Of a DNA stretch of 64,000 nucleotides, positions 1 through 10,058 are shown piece by piece. The stretch lies in assembly GCA_903893485.1 (NCBI GenBank), contig CAITMK010000014.1, forward strand, positions 66,144 to 130,143, read 5' to 3'. The translations under genes and the position numbers were made by a program. Each line of letters starts with the position of its first letter. Position 1 is the first letter of the stretch. The notes under the pieces were generated by a model. That model searched no databases and had not been told where the DNA came from. It worked only from the letters and a program-made list of their open reading frames with translations. Source of the stretch: Candidatus Magasanikiibacteriota bacterium (lineage in GTDB: Bacteria > Patescibacteriota > Patescibacteriia > Magasanikbacterales > 2-02-FULL-50-9b).

Positions 1-2928
1 CTTAGGAATGTTGATGTTCAAAGCACTGAAACGAGCATAAGCTGCTGAAACATCAGTCTGTGATGATACATCACCAGATGTAAGAGCTGCTACAGTACCA
101 ACAGTTGTATCGCCATCCATAAGACGGATGTTCTGAAGTAAACCAGTTGGTGATGTTGCTGCGTTTGACATGCCGAATGCTGTTGCAAGTTCAGATACGT
201 TCACATCTTCAGATTTACCAGCGGTAAGGCTGAATTTGAAGATTGGCTGTGAAGGAGCACCCATAACAACCTGCTGAGCAACTGGGGTGTCTGAGCTAAG
301 TGATGCAGTCAATGAACCTGCTGTTGCAAGGTCAACGTACTGTGCAGTGTTTGGGGTCATTGTTACAGTGCCACTCAAACCGGTAAGTGCGGTCTGGTAT
401 GAAACACCACTAGCAGTAACCTGAATAGCTACAGTTGGAGATGTAAATGCTGATACTGTTGAGAGTACGTCAGCAACTACGTTTACTACTTTCTGTTCAC
501 CTGCGCCCAAGGTAAGACCTGGAGTTGGGTTGATTGTGAAAGAGTAAGTTGAGTTTGGTCCGCCTGCTGCAATATTAGTTGCAAGCAAGTTGCCAGCTGC
601 ATCTGTCAAACGGATGTTTGCAAATGCAGTGTTCAATGCAGTGCCGTTGTCAGCAAGTGCAATTGAAGTAATCTTTGAACCTTCACCAGCGCCGCCAGTC
701 AAGATGAATGAAGCAATTTTTACATTGGTGTCATTCAAAACAGCTGTTGGCTCAGATGGTGAACCGTTTGCTACTGCTGCGTTAACCTGAATACTTGGCT
801 GACCAGTACGCAATGTTAACAAGTTACCAGAAACTGGTGAAACTGCAACAGTTGCGAGTGATACGTTACCCTGAGCTGCACCTGAAGTAATACCAACACG
901 GATAGTTTCCAAGCTGTAAGCGGTTGCATCGTTTAAGTCTGCAACAACTTCAAGTGTGCTTGGAGTACCAGGCTGTACAATAAAACTGTTAGTGAAGCTG
1001 TATAAGTTGTCACCACCATTTGCTGTCAAAGATGGAATAGAGTTACCAACCTGTACGCCATTAAGTAAGAGCTTAACGTTCTTCAAGATGAATGCTGATG
1101 ATGTTGAAACACCGTCAATGTTCAATGAAGATACTTTTACATTTTCACCTGCAGCTGTGAAGTTGAACTTCGCAAGGCTTACATTGGTACCGCCAAGAGC
1201 AGTGTTCAATGTTGCAGTGTCTGATGCAGTTGTAAGTGTCAAGGTACCATGGTTAATGGTTGATGCTGCGAGAGTCTGAACAGCAAACTGAGTTGTGTTC
1301 AATGCATATGTACCAACATACACTTTGTAGTTGAGGTCATAAGCTACAACATCTTCTGTGTTCTGAACGCTGAATGCAAAGTTGCGGTTTGTACCACCAA
1401 CGATGTCACCAACGATGTCAACAAATTTGCTCTGACCAGCCAAAATCTTCAAACCACCGTCTGCATTTGCAGCGCCAGTTGAATCTTTGCTGAAGTCAGC
1501 AACCAAAGTGTTGTCTGAAGACAATGATTTAGTTACGTCATACTGAACGCCACCAATCTGAACTTTCAAATTAGCAAGGTCTGATGAAGCAATTGAACCA
1601 ATTTCTGTGAACTTCATCTTTTTCAAGAGGATGTTCTGATCCTTTGCAACTACCTTAAAGGTACCGAAAGTGTAACCAATTTTACCTGCATCAACGTTAG
1701 TTGGTGTAAGTGGTGAAGAGGTTGCAAATTCAAGGCGACCAAGATCAGTTACAGCAGCAACAGAGAATGTTGCGCCAGCAGCTGAACCGGTAACTGAACC
1801 TGAAGAGTTAGTTGTGATGCCTGAAGCGTCAACAGTCCAGCTCTGGGTTGTACCAGTACCTGCACCTTTGTTTACGTCTTCAAGAACCCAGATTGAAACA
1901 GTCTGACCTGCTGGTACGGTGAAGAGACCTGCAGTGTTAAGGAATGTTGCAACGCCGAGTGAGAATGAGTTGTTCTTAGCGAGAACAGCACCATTAGCAT
2001 CTGCGAGGTACAAGTAGTCAACGTCAGCATCCTTTGAGATACCACCGCGAACTGCCTGAAGTTTTGTAACAACAACGTCAGCACCATTTGCAGTCAAGTT
2101 AACTTTCGTCATGCGAGCCAATTTCTGGCCGCCTTCTGAATCGATAACCATTGAGTTGCCTGCTGATGGTGAGTCTGAAGCCAATGAAACAGTCAATGAA
2201 CCAGTTGAAGCTGGAGCAGTTGTGCCACCTGTGGTCTGACCAGCAGATGAACCCTGTGATACATTAGCTACTTCTGTTGCACCGAGAGCTGCGCCCACAG
2301 TGTTTGAAAGGCTTGCTACAGTGATAGCATAAGCGCTGTTGAGCATGTTGCCCGACATTGCTGCTGCATCAACTGGACGTGCTACACCACCCTGGATGTA
2401 GTAGTATGTTGAGCCGTTCAAAAGAAGTGAACCGTCTGGGTATGAAGCGGTTGTAAGGTCAGCACCAATGCTGTAGTTGGTGAAAAATGCGTCTGACACA
2501 TCGTCAACGCGCTTTGCCCAATCTGCACCATAGAGAGCCTGAGCAACTGATTCACTGGTTACCCAGCGAAGTTTGCCACCTGGTTCAACTGCGTATACTT
2601 TTGGATCAGTTGTAATCTTTACGAGGCGTGTACCTGCGCGGAATACAACGTTACCAGCGAGCTGGTATGTCTGAAGTTCTGAAAGAGGCACGGTCTGAAC
2701 TGTTGAGAAGTTCTTGTACCATGTCTGGTAAGTTTTAAGGTTTGGGAATGTCCAACGCTTGCCACCTTGGTAGTAGTACACTGCGTCAAATTCTTTAGCC
2801 TTGATGAGTGAGCCGTCGGTAGCTGCTGCGTTAGCAGTAAGTGTACCAACAAGCATTGAAGCACCCATTGACCAGAGAATTGTCGAAGTGACAACCACTG
2901 ATGACAGTGTTTTCTTTGCGATATTCAT
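1..2928 (-). CDS. Large secreted cell-surface repeat protein; N-terminal 975 aa in window, remainder continues beyond window start
   Basis: Open minus-strand frame from ATG at about 2926-2928 to position 1 with no stop. It is not in the ORF track because it is edge-truncated. N-terminal hydrophobic signal-like segment (MNIAKKTLSSVVVTSTILWSMGASMLVGTLTANA). Remainder is Thr/Ser/Gly/Asn/Val-rich with recurring roughly 90-100 aa beta-sandwich-like modules typical of giant surface proteins. Confidence 0.6.
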   Translation of the reverse strand, partial: MNIAKKTLSSVVVTSTILWSMGASMLVGTLTANAAATDGSLIKAKEFDAVYYYQGGKRWTFPNLKTYQTWYKNFSTVQTVPLSELQTYQLAGNVVFRAGTRLVKITTDPKVYAVEPGGKLRWVTSESVAQALYGADWAKRVDDVSDAFFTNYSIGADLTTASYPDGSLLLNGSTYYYIQGGVARPVDAAAMSGNMLNSAYAITVASLSNTVGAALGATEVANVSQGSSAGQTTGGTTAPASTGSLTVSLASDSPSAGNSMVIDSEGGQKLARMTKVNLTANGADVVVTKLQAVRGGISKDADVDYLYLADANGAVLAKNNSFSLGVATFLNTAGLFTVPAGQTVSIWVLEDVNKGAGTGTTQSWTVDASGITTNSSGSVTGSAAGATFSVAAVTDLGRLEFATSSPLTPTNVDAGKIGYTFGTFKVVAKDQNILLKKMKFTEIGSIASSDLANLKVQIGGVQYDVTKSLSSDNTLVADFSKDSTGAANADGGLKILAGQSKFVDIVGDIVGGTNRNFAFSVQNTEDVVAYDLNYKVYVGTYALNTTQFAVQTLAASTINHGTLTLTTASDTATLNTALGGTNVSLAKFNFTAAGENVKVSSLNIDGVSTSSAFILKNVKLLLNGVQVGNSIPSLTANGGDNLYSFTNSFIVQPGTPSTLEVVADLNDATAYSLETIRVGITSGAAQGNVSLATVAVSPVSGNLLTLRTGQPSIQVNAAVANGSPSEPTAVLNDTNVKIASFILTGGAGEGSKITSIALADNGTALNTAFANIRLTDAAGNLLATNIAAGGPNSTYSFTINPTPGLTLGAGEQKVVNVVADVLSTVSAFTSPTVAIQVTASGVSYQTALTGLSGTVTMTPNTAQYVDLATAGSLTASLSSDTPVAQQVVMGAPSQPIFKFSLTAGKSEDVNVSELATAFGMSNAATSPTGLLQNIRLMDGDTTVGTVAALTSGDVSSQTDVSAAYARFSALNINIPK

Positions 2929-3115
2929 ATTAAGAATTTCTGTCTTGTATAGTTAGCCCTAATAAAATTTGCATTCTGCGCCGCGGGAACGGCTCGACAT
3001 TTCTATCATCCTGCAAGTATAGGATTTTTTGTACCCACTTCGCGCTGCATTAATTGCCGCGCGTTGTGAAGTACAAATTCCCTCCAGTATCTGTACTCCA
3101 CCTGGTTTTTATTTT

Positions 3116-4120
3116 TTATTGCCAGGCTTCCAAAGTGATTGGTGTTGCGGTATCCACCACATTCGGTGCTAATTCCGGTGGACGTTCCGGAAAGTTTTTT
3201 AAAATTGCATCTTGTTCTGAGGTGGTTGTGGTAACGACGGTTGCGTCTGACGAAACTTTGTTGCCAACATGAGCCGTGGTGGTAGAAAAAGTGGTTGAGG
3301 TGCTCGTAGGCAAAACAACTGGCGTTGAAGTTGCTGTAATCGCAGGAGTGCTTGTTGGCGCAGCGGCAATAGCCGGCGTTGAAGTTGCTGCAACCTGCGC
3401 ATTTGCTGCGTCAGTTTTTAATTGGTTAATTGCAACCAATACATCAGAAGATGCATCGGCTGAAGTAATATGTACCGCAGTAGAAGAAAGGTTTTGTTTC
3501 ATTTCGTCTGCTTTTGTTTCAATCACTTTTGCAACTGCAACCAAATCTGGCACCGATGAATTACTTTTTTGCGCTGCAACCAAACTATCGCTGGTTGATT
3601 GTACTTCGGTTTTTAATTGTTGTACTGCCGCTTCAACGCGCACTGATTTTGCTTTTTCATCGGTGGTTGGAGTTGCAACAATTTTTTGGACTTCTTCAAA
3701 ACGGCGATTGGTAAGTGTTACATGAAATTCTGCAGATGCAGTTTTGCCCTGCAACACGCTCACCACAGCAACTTGTGTTTGCTCTGAGGCAAGTTTAACA
3801 GGATACAAGGTATCGCCTGGCAAACTATTCAGTGATGCTGAAACGGTGGTGATCCAGCCGCCGATACCAACACCAAAACATAAAACGAAAATAACCGCTG
3901 GACGCACCACGGCGTACACGGTTTTTTGTGGCATAATAAAAGAAAGTGCAGTCCACACATGGGTTAAGGTAACGACACGACGTGGTGTTGCAGCATTGGT
4001 CTGTTCAATATGACGAAGCATGCGGCTACGGTTTTCCGCAACCCATTCTGGGCGCGGATTAAAATCCGTTGACGCATTCTTTACTTGGTTCATGAGTTGT
4101 TCGACCTGAATTTTTTTCAT
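3116..4120 (-). CDS. Putative anti-sigma factor, single-pass membrane protein
   Basis: Immediately downstream of the ECF sigma gene with a 2-nt gap. Cytoplasmic N-terminus, one TM segment (VYAVVRPAVIFVLCFGVGIGGWITTV), then a Ser/Thr/Ala-rich extracytoplasmic domain. The call rests on position and topology only. Confidence 0.45.
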   Translation of the reverse strand: MKKIQVEQLMNQVKNASTDFNPRPEWVAENRSRMLRHIEQTNAATPRRVVTLTHVWTALSFIMPQKTVYAVVRPAVIFVLCFGVGIGGWITTVSASLNSLPGDTLYPVKLASEQTQVAVVSVLQGKTASAEFHVTLTNRRFEEVQKIVATPTTDEKAKSVRVEAAVQQLKTEVQSTSDSLVAAQKSNSSVPDLVAVAKVIETKADEMKQNLSSTAVHITSADASSDVLVAINQLKTDAANAQVAATSTPAIAAAPTSTPAITATSTPVVLPTSTSTTFSTTTAHVGNKVSSDATVVTTTTSEQDAILKNFPERPPELAPNVVDTATPITLEAWQ

Positions 4121-4122
4121 AC

Positions 4123-4689
4123 TTATTTTTTTTCAAGAAGTCCTGCAAGTGTTTTGGTTGCCCGGTGCAAAAGCACGCGTACATGCACTTGCGTTTTTCC
4201 AATGATCTCCGCGATTTCAGAAACTGACAATTCTTCGATGTAGCGAAGCATGAGCACTTCGCGGTAATCAGCTTTCATTTGCTTCATGGCCGCCATTACT
4301 TCAGCCGCTTCCATTTTCATGTCCACAAGAAGCATTTGCTGGCCGTCGTCTGACCAACCGATGGTGTTTTCGCCGTCGTCTGACTCGATCGCTTCATCCA
4401 GCGAAATATGCATCTTGCGGCTACGGTAATGGTCGATGACCAGGTTACGCGCAATGCGATACACGAGCGATGGGAAACTGACCACGTCTCGACTTTCCAA
4501 AAGGTAGTGCCAGGTACGAAGGAAAACCTCAGAAGTGAGATCTTCGGCTTCTTCCCTGCCATTTACCTTATATGAAATGAACCGGAACACCCCAGCCACG
4601 TGGGCATCATATAGCTCAGCATACGCGGTAGCATCGCGTTTGGTCTGGATTCGATATAGGAGAACTTTTTCCTGTAATTTGCTACTCAT
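4123..4689 (-). CDS. ECF-type RNA polymerase sigma-70 family factor
   Basis: Sigma-70 region 2 (…VYRIARNLVIDHYRSRK) and region 4 HTH (LSVSEIAEIIGKTQVHVRVLLHRATKTL). 188 aa, typical ECF size. Confidence 0.85.
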   Translation of the reverse strand: MSSKLQEKVLLYRIQTKRDATAYAELYDAHVAGVFRFISYKVNGREEAEDLTSEVFLRTWHYLLESRDVVSFPSLVYRIARNLVIDHYRSRKMHISLDEAIESDDGENTIGWSDDGQQMLLVDMKMEAAEVMAAMKQMKADYREVLMLRYIEELSVSEIAEIIGKTQVHVRVLLHRATKTLAGLLEKK

Positions 4690-4793
4690 GTAATAAGACG
4701 TGGCTAAAGGGAAAGTGTTACAAAATTAAAGCGAAGTATAGCGCAATACCCCCAGAAAGTCAACGCGGTATTTGCTAGATTTGTGGGTAAATA

Positions 4794-4823
4794 TTGACAC
4801 ATTTGTATAGAGTAGTGTAGACT
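4794..4823 (+). promoter_or_regulatory. Candidate sigma-70-type promoter for the HTH gene (TTGACA, 18-nt spacer, TAGACT), in a divergent intergenic region shared with the sigma factor gene
   Basis: Perfect -35 TTGACA at 4794-4799 and a TAnnnT -10-like hexamer at 4818-4823, 10 nt before the ATG at 4834. Visual call only. Confidence 0.3.
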
Positions 4824-4833
4824 TTTAATCACT

Positions 4834-5205
4834 ATGTCCATGAACGAAGTTATCCGAATTTCTATTTCCGAAACTGCCCGGCTTTTTGGGCTCAACTCCC
4901 AAACCATCCGCCGTGCCATTAAAACCGGCGAATTGCCAGCAATTGTGGTTCAAGGCCGTTATAAGGTTGATTTTGAAACCGCGCTTAAGTGGTCTCAGAT
5001 CCACAGCACCACCAAAAACAAACTTTCTTCGCGTGGCATTGGTCAATTTGTTAACGAATGGCGTCCAACGATTAAACAAGCCGAACTTCCAACTCCAACG
5101 GAGCCAGAAGCGCCTGAAGAACCAACTGCCGAGGCAAAACCGAAAGCACCTCGCCGCAAATTAGGCCCGCGCACGGACATTTCGCAGCAAGCTCTGCCCT
5201 TCTAA
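4834..5205 (+). CDS. Excisionase-family helix-turn-helix DNA-binding protein
   Basis: N-terminal HTH resembling excisionase/MerR-type HTH_17 (ISETARLFGLNSQTIRRAIKTGELPAIVVQGRYKV). C-terminal Pro/Glu/Lys-rich tail. Divergent from the sigma gene. Confidence 0.6.
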   Translation: MSMNEVIRISISETARLFGLNSQTIRRAIKTGELPAIVVQGRYKVDFETALKWSQIHSTTKNKLSSRGIGQFVNEWRPTIKQAELPTPTEPEAPEEPTAEAKPKAPRRKLGPRTDISQQALPF

Positions 5206-6363
5206 CGAGCCGCACGTTTCAAGCGCCACGAGCGCCACATGATACCGCGCCGCGATTAATTCCCAACGATATTGTTCCTGGATGCGACGTGCATGTGCAA
5301 GCGCCACCGCGCGAACTTCTTCATAGTGCACCACATTACGTTCCAAATCGCGGCTCAGGCGATCTAAATCGCCAACCGTATTGTACACGTGCATCTCACC
5401 AAAAATTTCGCGATGCGCCGGAATGTTCGAAAGCACAAGCGGCACACCAAACGATGCAACTTCCAAAACCGCAAGCGGCATACCTTCTGAATACGAAGGC
5501 TGCGCGGCAACGCGCGCAAAACGCATTAATGTTTTCAGTGGTGCACCGGTTTGTACACCGGTAAAAATAATATCCGTGCGCCCTGCTGCCTGCTCACGCA
5601 AACTTTCAGCGTAATTATCACCGAGCGCCGCTTCACCAACTAATACTAATTTTAATTTTGCAAACTCTGGCTCTGTTCGTTTTTTTAAACGAATGAAACT
5701 TTCAATTAATTCATGCTGCGCCTTGTCTGGCATTAAACGGCCGACACATAAAATATATTCTTCTGGCTGCAAACCAAACGCGGCAAGTGTTTCGTGGCTA
5801 TCAGCTTCGCCTTCGGCAATTTCAAAAACACCGTTTGGCAGATACGTTGCAATGCGCCCCCATACTTCATACGAGTAGTCTTGCAAAAAACGACTCGTCA
5901 CAAAAACTTCATGCGCCGCATGCATGGCAATATATTCGCCAAACCAAAACGCGGCGCGTGCAATAAAATTCCATTTCGAAAGACGACGATCCAAACAGTG
6001 AAACGTTACGAGCACTTGCGTGCGCGGCGCAAAAACGCGCGGCATCCACGCCAAAAGCGCTGGACCAATACCCTGAAAATGAATAATATCCGCGCCAGTC
6101 CACATGGCATGGATCGTTGCAAAAAAAGTATGCGAAATGGTATCCAAATGCTTCGTATGAATCGATGGCACATGGACCAGATCGATACCTTGGTAATTTT
6201 CAACCAGGCCTTTGGTGTACCAGCGGCGACAATAGGCCGTCACGTGGTAACCAGAACGTACCATACGTACTGCCAATTCCTCGGTTGCACGTTCAACGCC
6301 ACCCCAGAGTGCCGGGATGCCTTTTTGGCCAATATAAGCGATTTTTTTGGAGTGTTTCTGCAT
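5161..6363 (-). CDS. Glycosyltransferase family 4 (GT-B fold)
   Basis: Glycos_transf_1-type C-terminal half including the EGMPLAVLEVASFGVPLV motif, with a GT4 N-terminal domain. 400 aa. Confidence 0.8.
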   Translation of the reverse strand: MQKHSKKIAYIGQKGIPALWGGVERATEELAVRMVRSGYHVTAYCRRWYTKGLVENYQGIDLVHVPSIHTKHLDTISHTFFATIHAMWTGADIIHFQGIGPALLAWMPRVFAPRTQVLVTFHCLDRRLSKWNFIARAAFWFGEYIAMHAAHEVFVTSRFLQDYSYEVWGRIATYLPNGVFEIAEGEADSHETLAAFGLQPEEYILCVGRLMPDKAQHELIESFIRLKKRTEPEFAKLKLVLVGEAALGDNYAESLREQAAGRTDIIFTGVQTGAPLKTLMRFARVAAQPSYSEGMPLAVLEVASFGVPLVLSNIPAHREIFGEMHVYNTVGDLDRLSRDLERNVVHYEEVRAVALAHARRIQEQYRWELIAARYHVALVALETCGSLEGQSLLRNVRARA

Positions 6364-6414
6364 AGGGCGTTCTGGTATCAGAACTGCCTATAATAGCAGA
6401 GATTAGCGATTTTG

Positions 6415-7581
6415 TCAATACTGAGCGCTGAGCACGCTCATAAGCTGTTCATAATACAATTCCGGGTCGCGTGTGGCCAAAACTATGCGACGAGCTTGCG
6501 CGCCAACATGCCGCGGCGGCGTTGCCAAAATTTTACTTAAAATTTCCGCTAATTTTTCTGAATCACCCGATGGGAATAGATAACCCGTTTCACCATTTAT
6601 GATTTGCTCTGGAATTCCACCAATTGCACTTGCCACCACAATCTTCCCGGCTGCCTGAGATTCCAAAACCACAAGAGAATCATTCTCATACCAAATTGAT
6701 GGCACCACAACCGCTGCCGCACCTCGTACGTATTCAATAACATCTTCTGGTGATTTATCACCAACAAACGCAACATTGGGCGGTCCTTTTTTTGGAACCG
6801 GCCCGTCACCAATAATTTGAAATTGCGCGTGTGGTAATTTTTCTGCGGCCGCACACAAAACCGCAATTCCTTTTTCTGGCACCAAGCGACCAATAAATAA
6901 AATATATGATCCATCAGCGGGCGCGGTTAAAATGCTATCCGCATCAACAGGATTTGGAATGTGCACAAATTTTTCTGTGCGCCATCCGCGAGCCACATGT
7001 TTTTCGATTACAAATTTACTTGGCGAAATTATTTGATTGATAAAATTAAATGCGCCGAGCCGACGATGCAATGTCCAACCAAACCATGCGCCAAAACTTT
7101 TGATAAAAGAATTTTGCACGCTGCAACTGATCACATCGTTAAATCCATACAGTGGCGCATTACCGCAAAGTTCATCAATATGATCATGCGAAAATAATTT
7201 CCAGTTCGGACAAATTAATTTATACGCATGCGCGGTAAAAATAATTTTTATATGATGACGACGCAACGTCCACAAAACCGTTGGGCCAAGTGCGTCAAAA
7301 ATGCCGTGAATGTGAACCACATCTGGTTTTGTTTTTTCAATCAGCGCCGATAATGCGCGGTCGACTTCGCGTGACCAAATGGCGCGCACACTTTTTTGTA
7401 AAAATGTTTTTGCATCGCTCACAAAGTATGGTGCAAATTCGGAAAATTTATTTTCTGGCGCGCGCGTTGAAAAATCAATTACGATATGACCGTGCGATTG
7501 TAAAAGTTCGCGCTGTAAAAAAAAGACGCGTTCAACGCCACCAACATCGTGGAAAAAATTATTGATGAGCAAGATGCGCAT
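6415..7581 (-). CDS. Glycosyltransferase family 4
   Basis: MRILLINNFFHDVGGVERV GT4 N-terminal domain plus a Glycos_transf_1 C-terminal domain. Start chosen at the internal Met (MRILL). Overlaps the upstream GT gene by about 23 nt. Confidence 0.8.
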   Translation of the reverse strand: MRILLINNFFHDVGGVERVFFLQRELLQSHGHIVIDFSTRAPENKFSEFAPYFVSDAKTFLQKSVRAIWSREVDRALSALIEKTKPDVVHIHGIFDALGPTVLWTLRRHHIKIIFTAHAYKLICPNWKLFSHDHIDELCGNAPLYGFNDVISCSVQNSFIKSFGAWFGWTLHRRLGAFNFINQIISPSKFVIEKHVARGWRTEKFVHIPNPVDADSILTAPADGSYILFIGRLVPEKGIAVLCAAAEKLPHAQFQIIGDGPVPKKGPPNVAFVGDKSPEDVIEYVRGAAAVVVPSIWYENDSLVVLESQAAGKIVVASAIGGIPEQIINGETGYLFPSGDSEKLAEILSKILATPPRHVGAQARRIVLATRDPELYYEQLMSVLSAQY

Positions 7582-8653
7582 ATACCCGTTCATAATCCGC
7601 GACCATCGCGCGAATATCAAAATCTTTTTGCGCTTTCACGCGCGCGGCCGCACCTAATTCACGCGCGGCCGCTTGGTTTTGCCACACGCGACGAATTGCA
7701 ACTTGCAGCGCATCGACATCTTCTACTGGCACCAACATACCGGTTACGCCATCATCAATTAATTCAGGAATACCGCCCACATTACTTGCAATTACCGTGC
7801 GACCCGCGGCCATGGCTTCCATAATTACCAAACCAATTCCCTCCCAACGCGACGACATGACCACTACATCCGACGCGGCCAAATACGGCGCCACATCCAT
7901 GTGCGTGCCCACAAAATGCACGCGATCATGCATGTGATTAATAATTGCCAAATCAACTAAACTATCTTTTGCAGAACCTTCGCCGACCAACGTTAATTCC
8001 CACGGCACATCACGCAAAGTTGATAATGCATTTAATAAAATGTCGTGTCCTTTTTGTGGCTCCAAACGGCCGATCGCTAAAAGTTGCATTACCTCACCAA
8101 AAGGCGCTGGCGGAATTTGCGCAAATCGCCCAGTCTCGACCGCATTGCGAATAACTGTAATTTTATCGGTCGGAAAATTTTCTTCTTCAACTAAAAATTT
8201 TTTTATGCCGTCGGAAGCCGCAACCACCGCGCTTGATCCGTACGACAAAACTTGCTTGATACGATGTTTTAATTCACCAATATCAACATCAGTATTTTGC
8301 TCCGAAAAAACTAAGTGTGGCACGCGATTTAATTTCGATGCGATCTCGCCCCACAAATGCCCGCCAAATAAATGTGTGTGTACAATGTCTGGCTCCAAAC
8401 GATTCAAAAGTGCGATTAATTCCACCAGCATCACGAGCCCCAATTCCGATGTTTTTTTAAGCGGATAATATGGCACGCCAAGTTCGCGAATGTCGGCTTC
8501 AAGCGGGCCGCCATCAACAATCGTAATTACCGCAAAATCAAACGCGTCGCGATTTCCATAGCGCACCAATTCCGTCAAAATGCGTTCCGCGCCGCCGAGC
8601 GCCAGCGTTGGAATAATATGCACTACTTTTAGTTTTCGAGTTGCGGTGTTCAT
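7559..8653 (-). CDS. Glycosyltransferase family 4
   Basis: KVVHIIPTLALGGAERIL N-terminal motif and Glycos_transf_1 C-terminal domain (EGIGLVIMEAMAAGRTVIASNVGGIPE). Start MNTATRK chosen, giving an ATGA overlap with the upstream gene stop. Confidence 0.8.
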   Translation of the reverse strand: MNTATRKLKVVHIIPTLALGGAERILTELVRYGNRDAFDFAVITIVDGGPLEADIRELGVPYYPLKKTSELGLVMLVELIALLNRLEPDIVHTHLFGGHLWGEIASKLNRVPHLVFSEQNTDVDIGELKHRIKQVLSYGSSAVVAASDGIKKFLVEEENFPTDKITVIRNAVETGRFAQIPPAPFGEVMQLLAIGRLEPQKGHDILLNALSTLRDVPWELTLVGEGSAKDSLVDLAIINHMHDRVHFVGTHMDVAPYLAASDVVVMSSRWEGIGLVIMEAMAAGRTVIASNVGGIPELIDDGVTGMLVPVEDVDALQVAIRRVWQNQAAARELGAAARVKAQKDFDIRAMVADYERVYAHLAHQ

Positions 8654-9996
8654 AGAAGAGAGGCCAGACAGAGCCCGACCAGGACCCACACTTTACCATC
8701 AAAATAGCCAGTGTTAAAGAGCTGATAGGCCCACAGAGAAATAAACGTAAAAAACCAAACGGCTTCGAATGCGCTGTGGCGACGCTTCCACAAACGCCAA
8801 CCCAAACTTATGAGCAACGCCAAAAACGCGATTGTGCCAAGCGCGCCGGTTTCTGCCATCACTTTTTGCAAAAATCCGTGCGCATCGAGCGGGTCGCCGT
8901 AATCTAATCGAAACGCGGCGGTCTCGCCAACTAATTGAATAAACGTACCCGGCCCCTGCCCGGTGAGCGGCGCGCGATTAAAATACGTAAGAGCAATGCC
9001 GGTTAAATCTGTACGCGTTGCATTGCTGCTGTCGGCCACGGCGGTGTTTTCGATCCACATGAAAAATAATGCGACCACGGCAACAACCGCCACAATTGCA
9101 ACGCGCCGGCGACCCGTATGTTTTCCAAAAAACCACAGCCAGCCCAAACCTTGCAGCGCCAAAACAATCCATGCAGCGCGCGAAAAAGTTAATGCCGAGA
9201 CAATTGCAATGAGTGCCGCTGCCCCGCCCCAGAAAATTTTTGCCGCGCGCGTTTTTTGTTCACTCGCCCACCACACTGCAAACGGAATGATCGCGGTCAA
9301 ACTTTCAGCGAGCACATTATGATTCGTGCCAAATGGAATGTATCCAAAAATTGCAAATGGTTCTGCGCGCGGAAACCCAATGGAGCTGGTCACAAAAATC
9401 GAAACCGCGCCCATGAGTGCGCCCGCCAAACATGCAATTTCATACGCAACCGCGGCATAAATAATTTCTGCTCGGCGATTTACAAATAATAAAATCGGCA
9501 ACACGAACGCCAGATACGTAAAAAGATATGGCCGAAAAAATGCTTTAAGCGATGTACCAAAATAAATGGGATCACCAAAATATACCGCAGCCGCAACCGC
9601 CGCAAACCAAAGCAAAAACCACGGCAAATGATTTTTGATGTGCGCGGGAAATATTTTTTTGTGATTAATGAAAAAAATTATTGGCGCGGCAACTAACAAA
9701 ATAATGGCGATAAAATCTACCACTGGCGCTTCGATGCCACCAAGATAAGGCACACGCGATAAACTTTGTTCACTTGCAAATGAAATTGCCAGCCCCGAAA
9801 GCGGTGCCGCCGCGGCAAGCGCATACACACCCCATACTGGCCGTGCAACGACCGCAATAAAAATTGCTAACAGCGCAAAAACAATTACCACGCCCGCCCA
9901 TGAAATATAAAAAGAGGCCGCAATGCTAAGCGCAATTGCAATTCCAAACCACGCTACCAATTCCCATGTGGCACGTTCAATGAGCTGCTGTTTCAT
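8650..9996 (-). CDS. O-antigen ligase/polymerase (Wzy/WaaL-like) polytopic membrane protein
   Basis: 448 aa with about 10-12 predicted TM helices. Wzy_C-like segment (LTFSRAAWIVLALQGLGWLWFF). Clustered with three GT4 genes. Confidence 0.6.
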   Translation of the reverse strand: MKQQLIERATWELVAWFGIAIALSIAASFYISWAGVVIVFALLAIFIAVVARPVWGVYALAAAAPLSGLAISFASEQSLSRVPYLGGIEAPVVDFIAIILLVAAPIIFFINHKKIFPAHIKNHLPWFLLWFAAVAAAVYFGDPIYFGTSLKAFFRPYLFTYLAFVLPILLFVNRRAEIIYAAVAYEIACLAGALMGAVSIFVTSSIGFPRAEPFAIFGYIPFGTNHNVLAESLTAIIPFAVWWASEQKTRAAKIFWGGAAALIAIVSALTFSRAAWIVLALQGLGWLWFFGKHTGRRRVAIVAVVAVVALFFMWIENTAVADSSNATRTDLTGIALTYFNRAPLTGQGPGTFIQLVGETAAFRLDYGDPLDAHGFLQKVMAETGALGTIAFLALLISLGWRLWKRRHSAFEAVWFFTFISLWAYQLFNTGYFDGKVWVLVGLCLASLL

Positions 9997-10023
9997 GCTG
10001 CCCAGTATACCAAAGTTGGGAAT

Positions 10024-10054
10024 ATAAAAAAACTCCTTCTGAGGAGTTTTTTTA
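10024..10054 (-). terminator. Rho-independent terminator after the coiled-coil gene
   Basis: Hairpin AACTCCT-TCTG-AGGAGTT flanked by A and T runs, 5 nt past the stop at 10059. Confidence 0.5.
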
Positions 10055-10058
10055 TTGC

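Noticed and set aside
3276-4013. Plus-strand ORFs 3276-3725 and 3744-4013
   Set aside because: Antisense to the anti-sigma gene. Low-complexity translations.
5794-6393. 199-aa plus-strand ORF
   Set aside because: Antisense to the GT4 gene at 5161-6363. Basic low-complexity translation.
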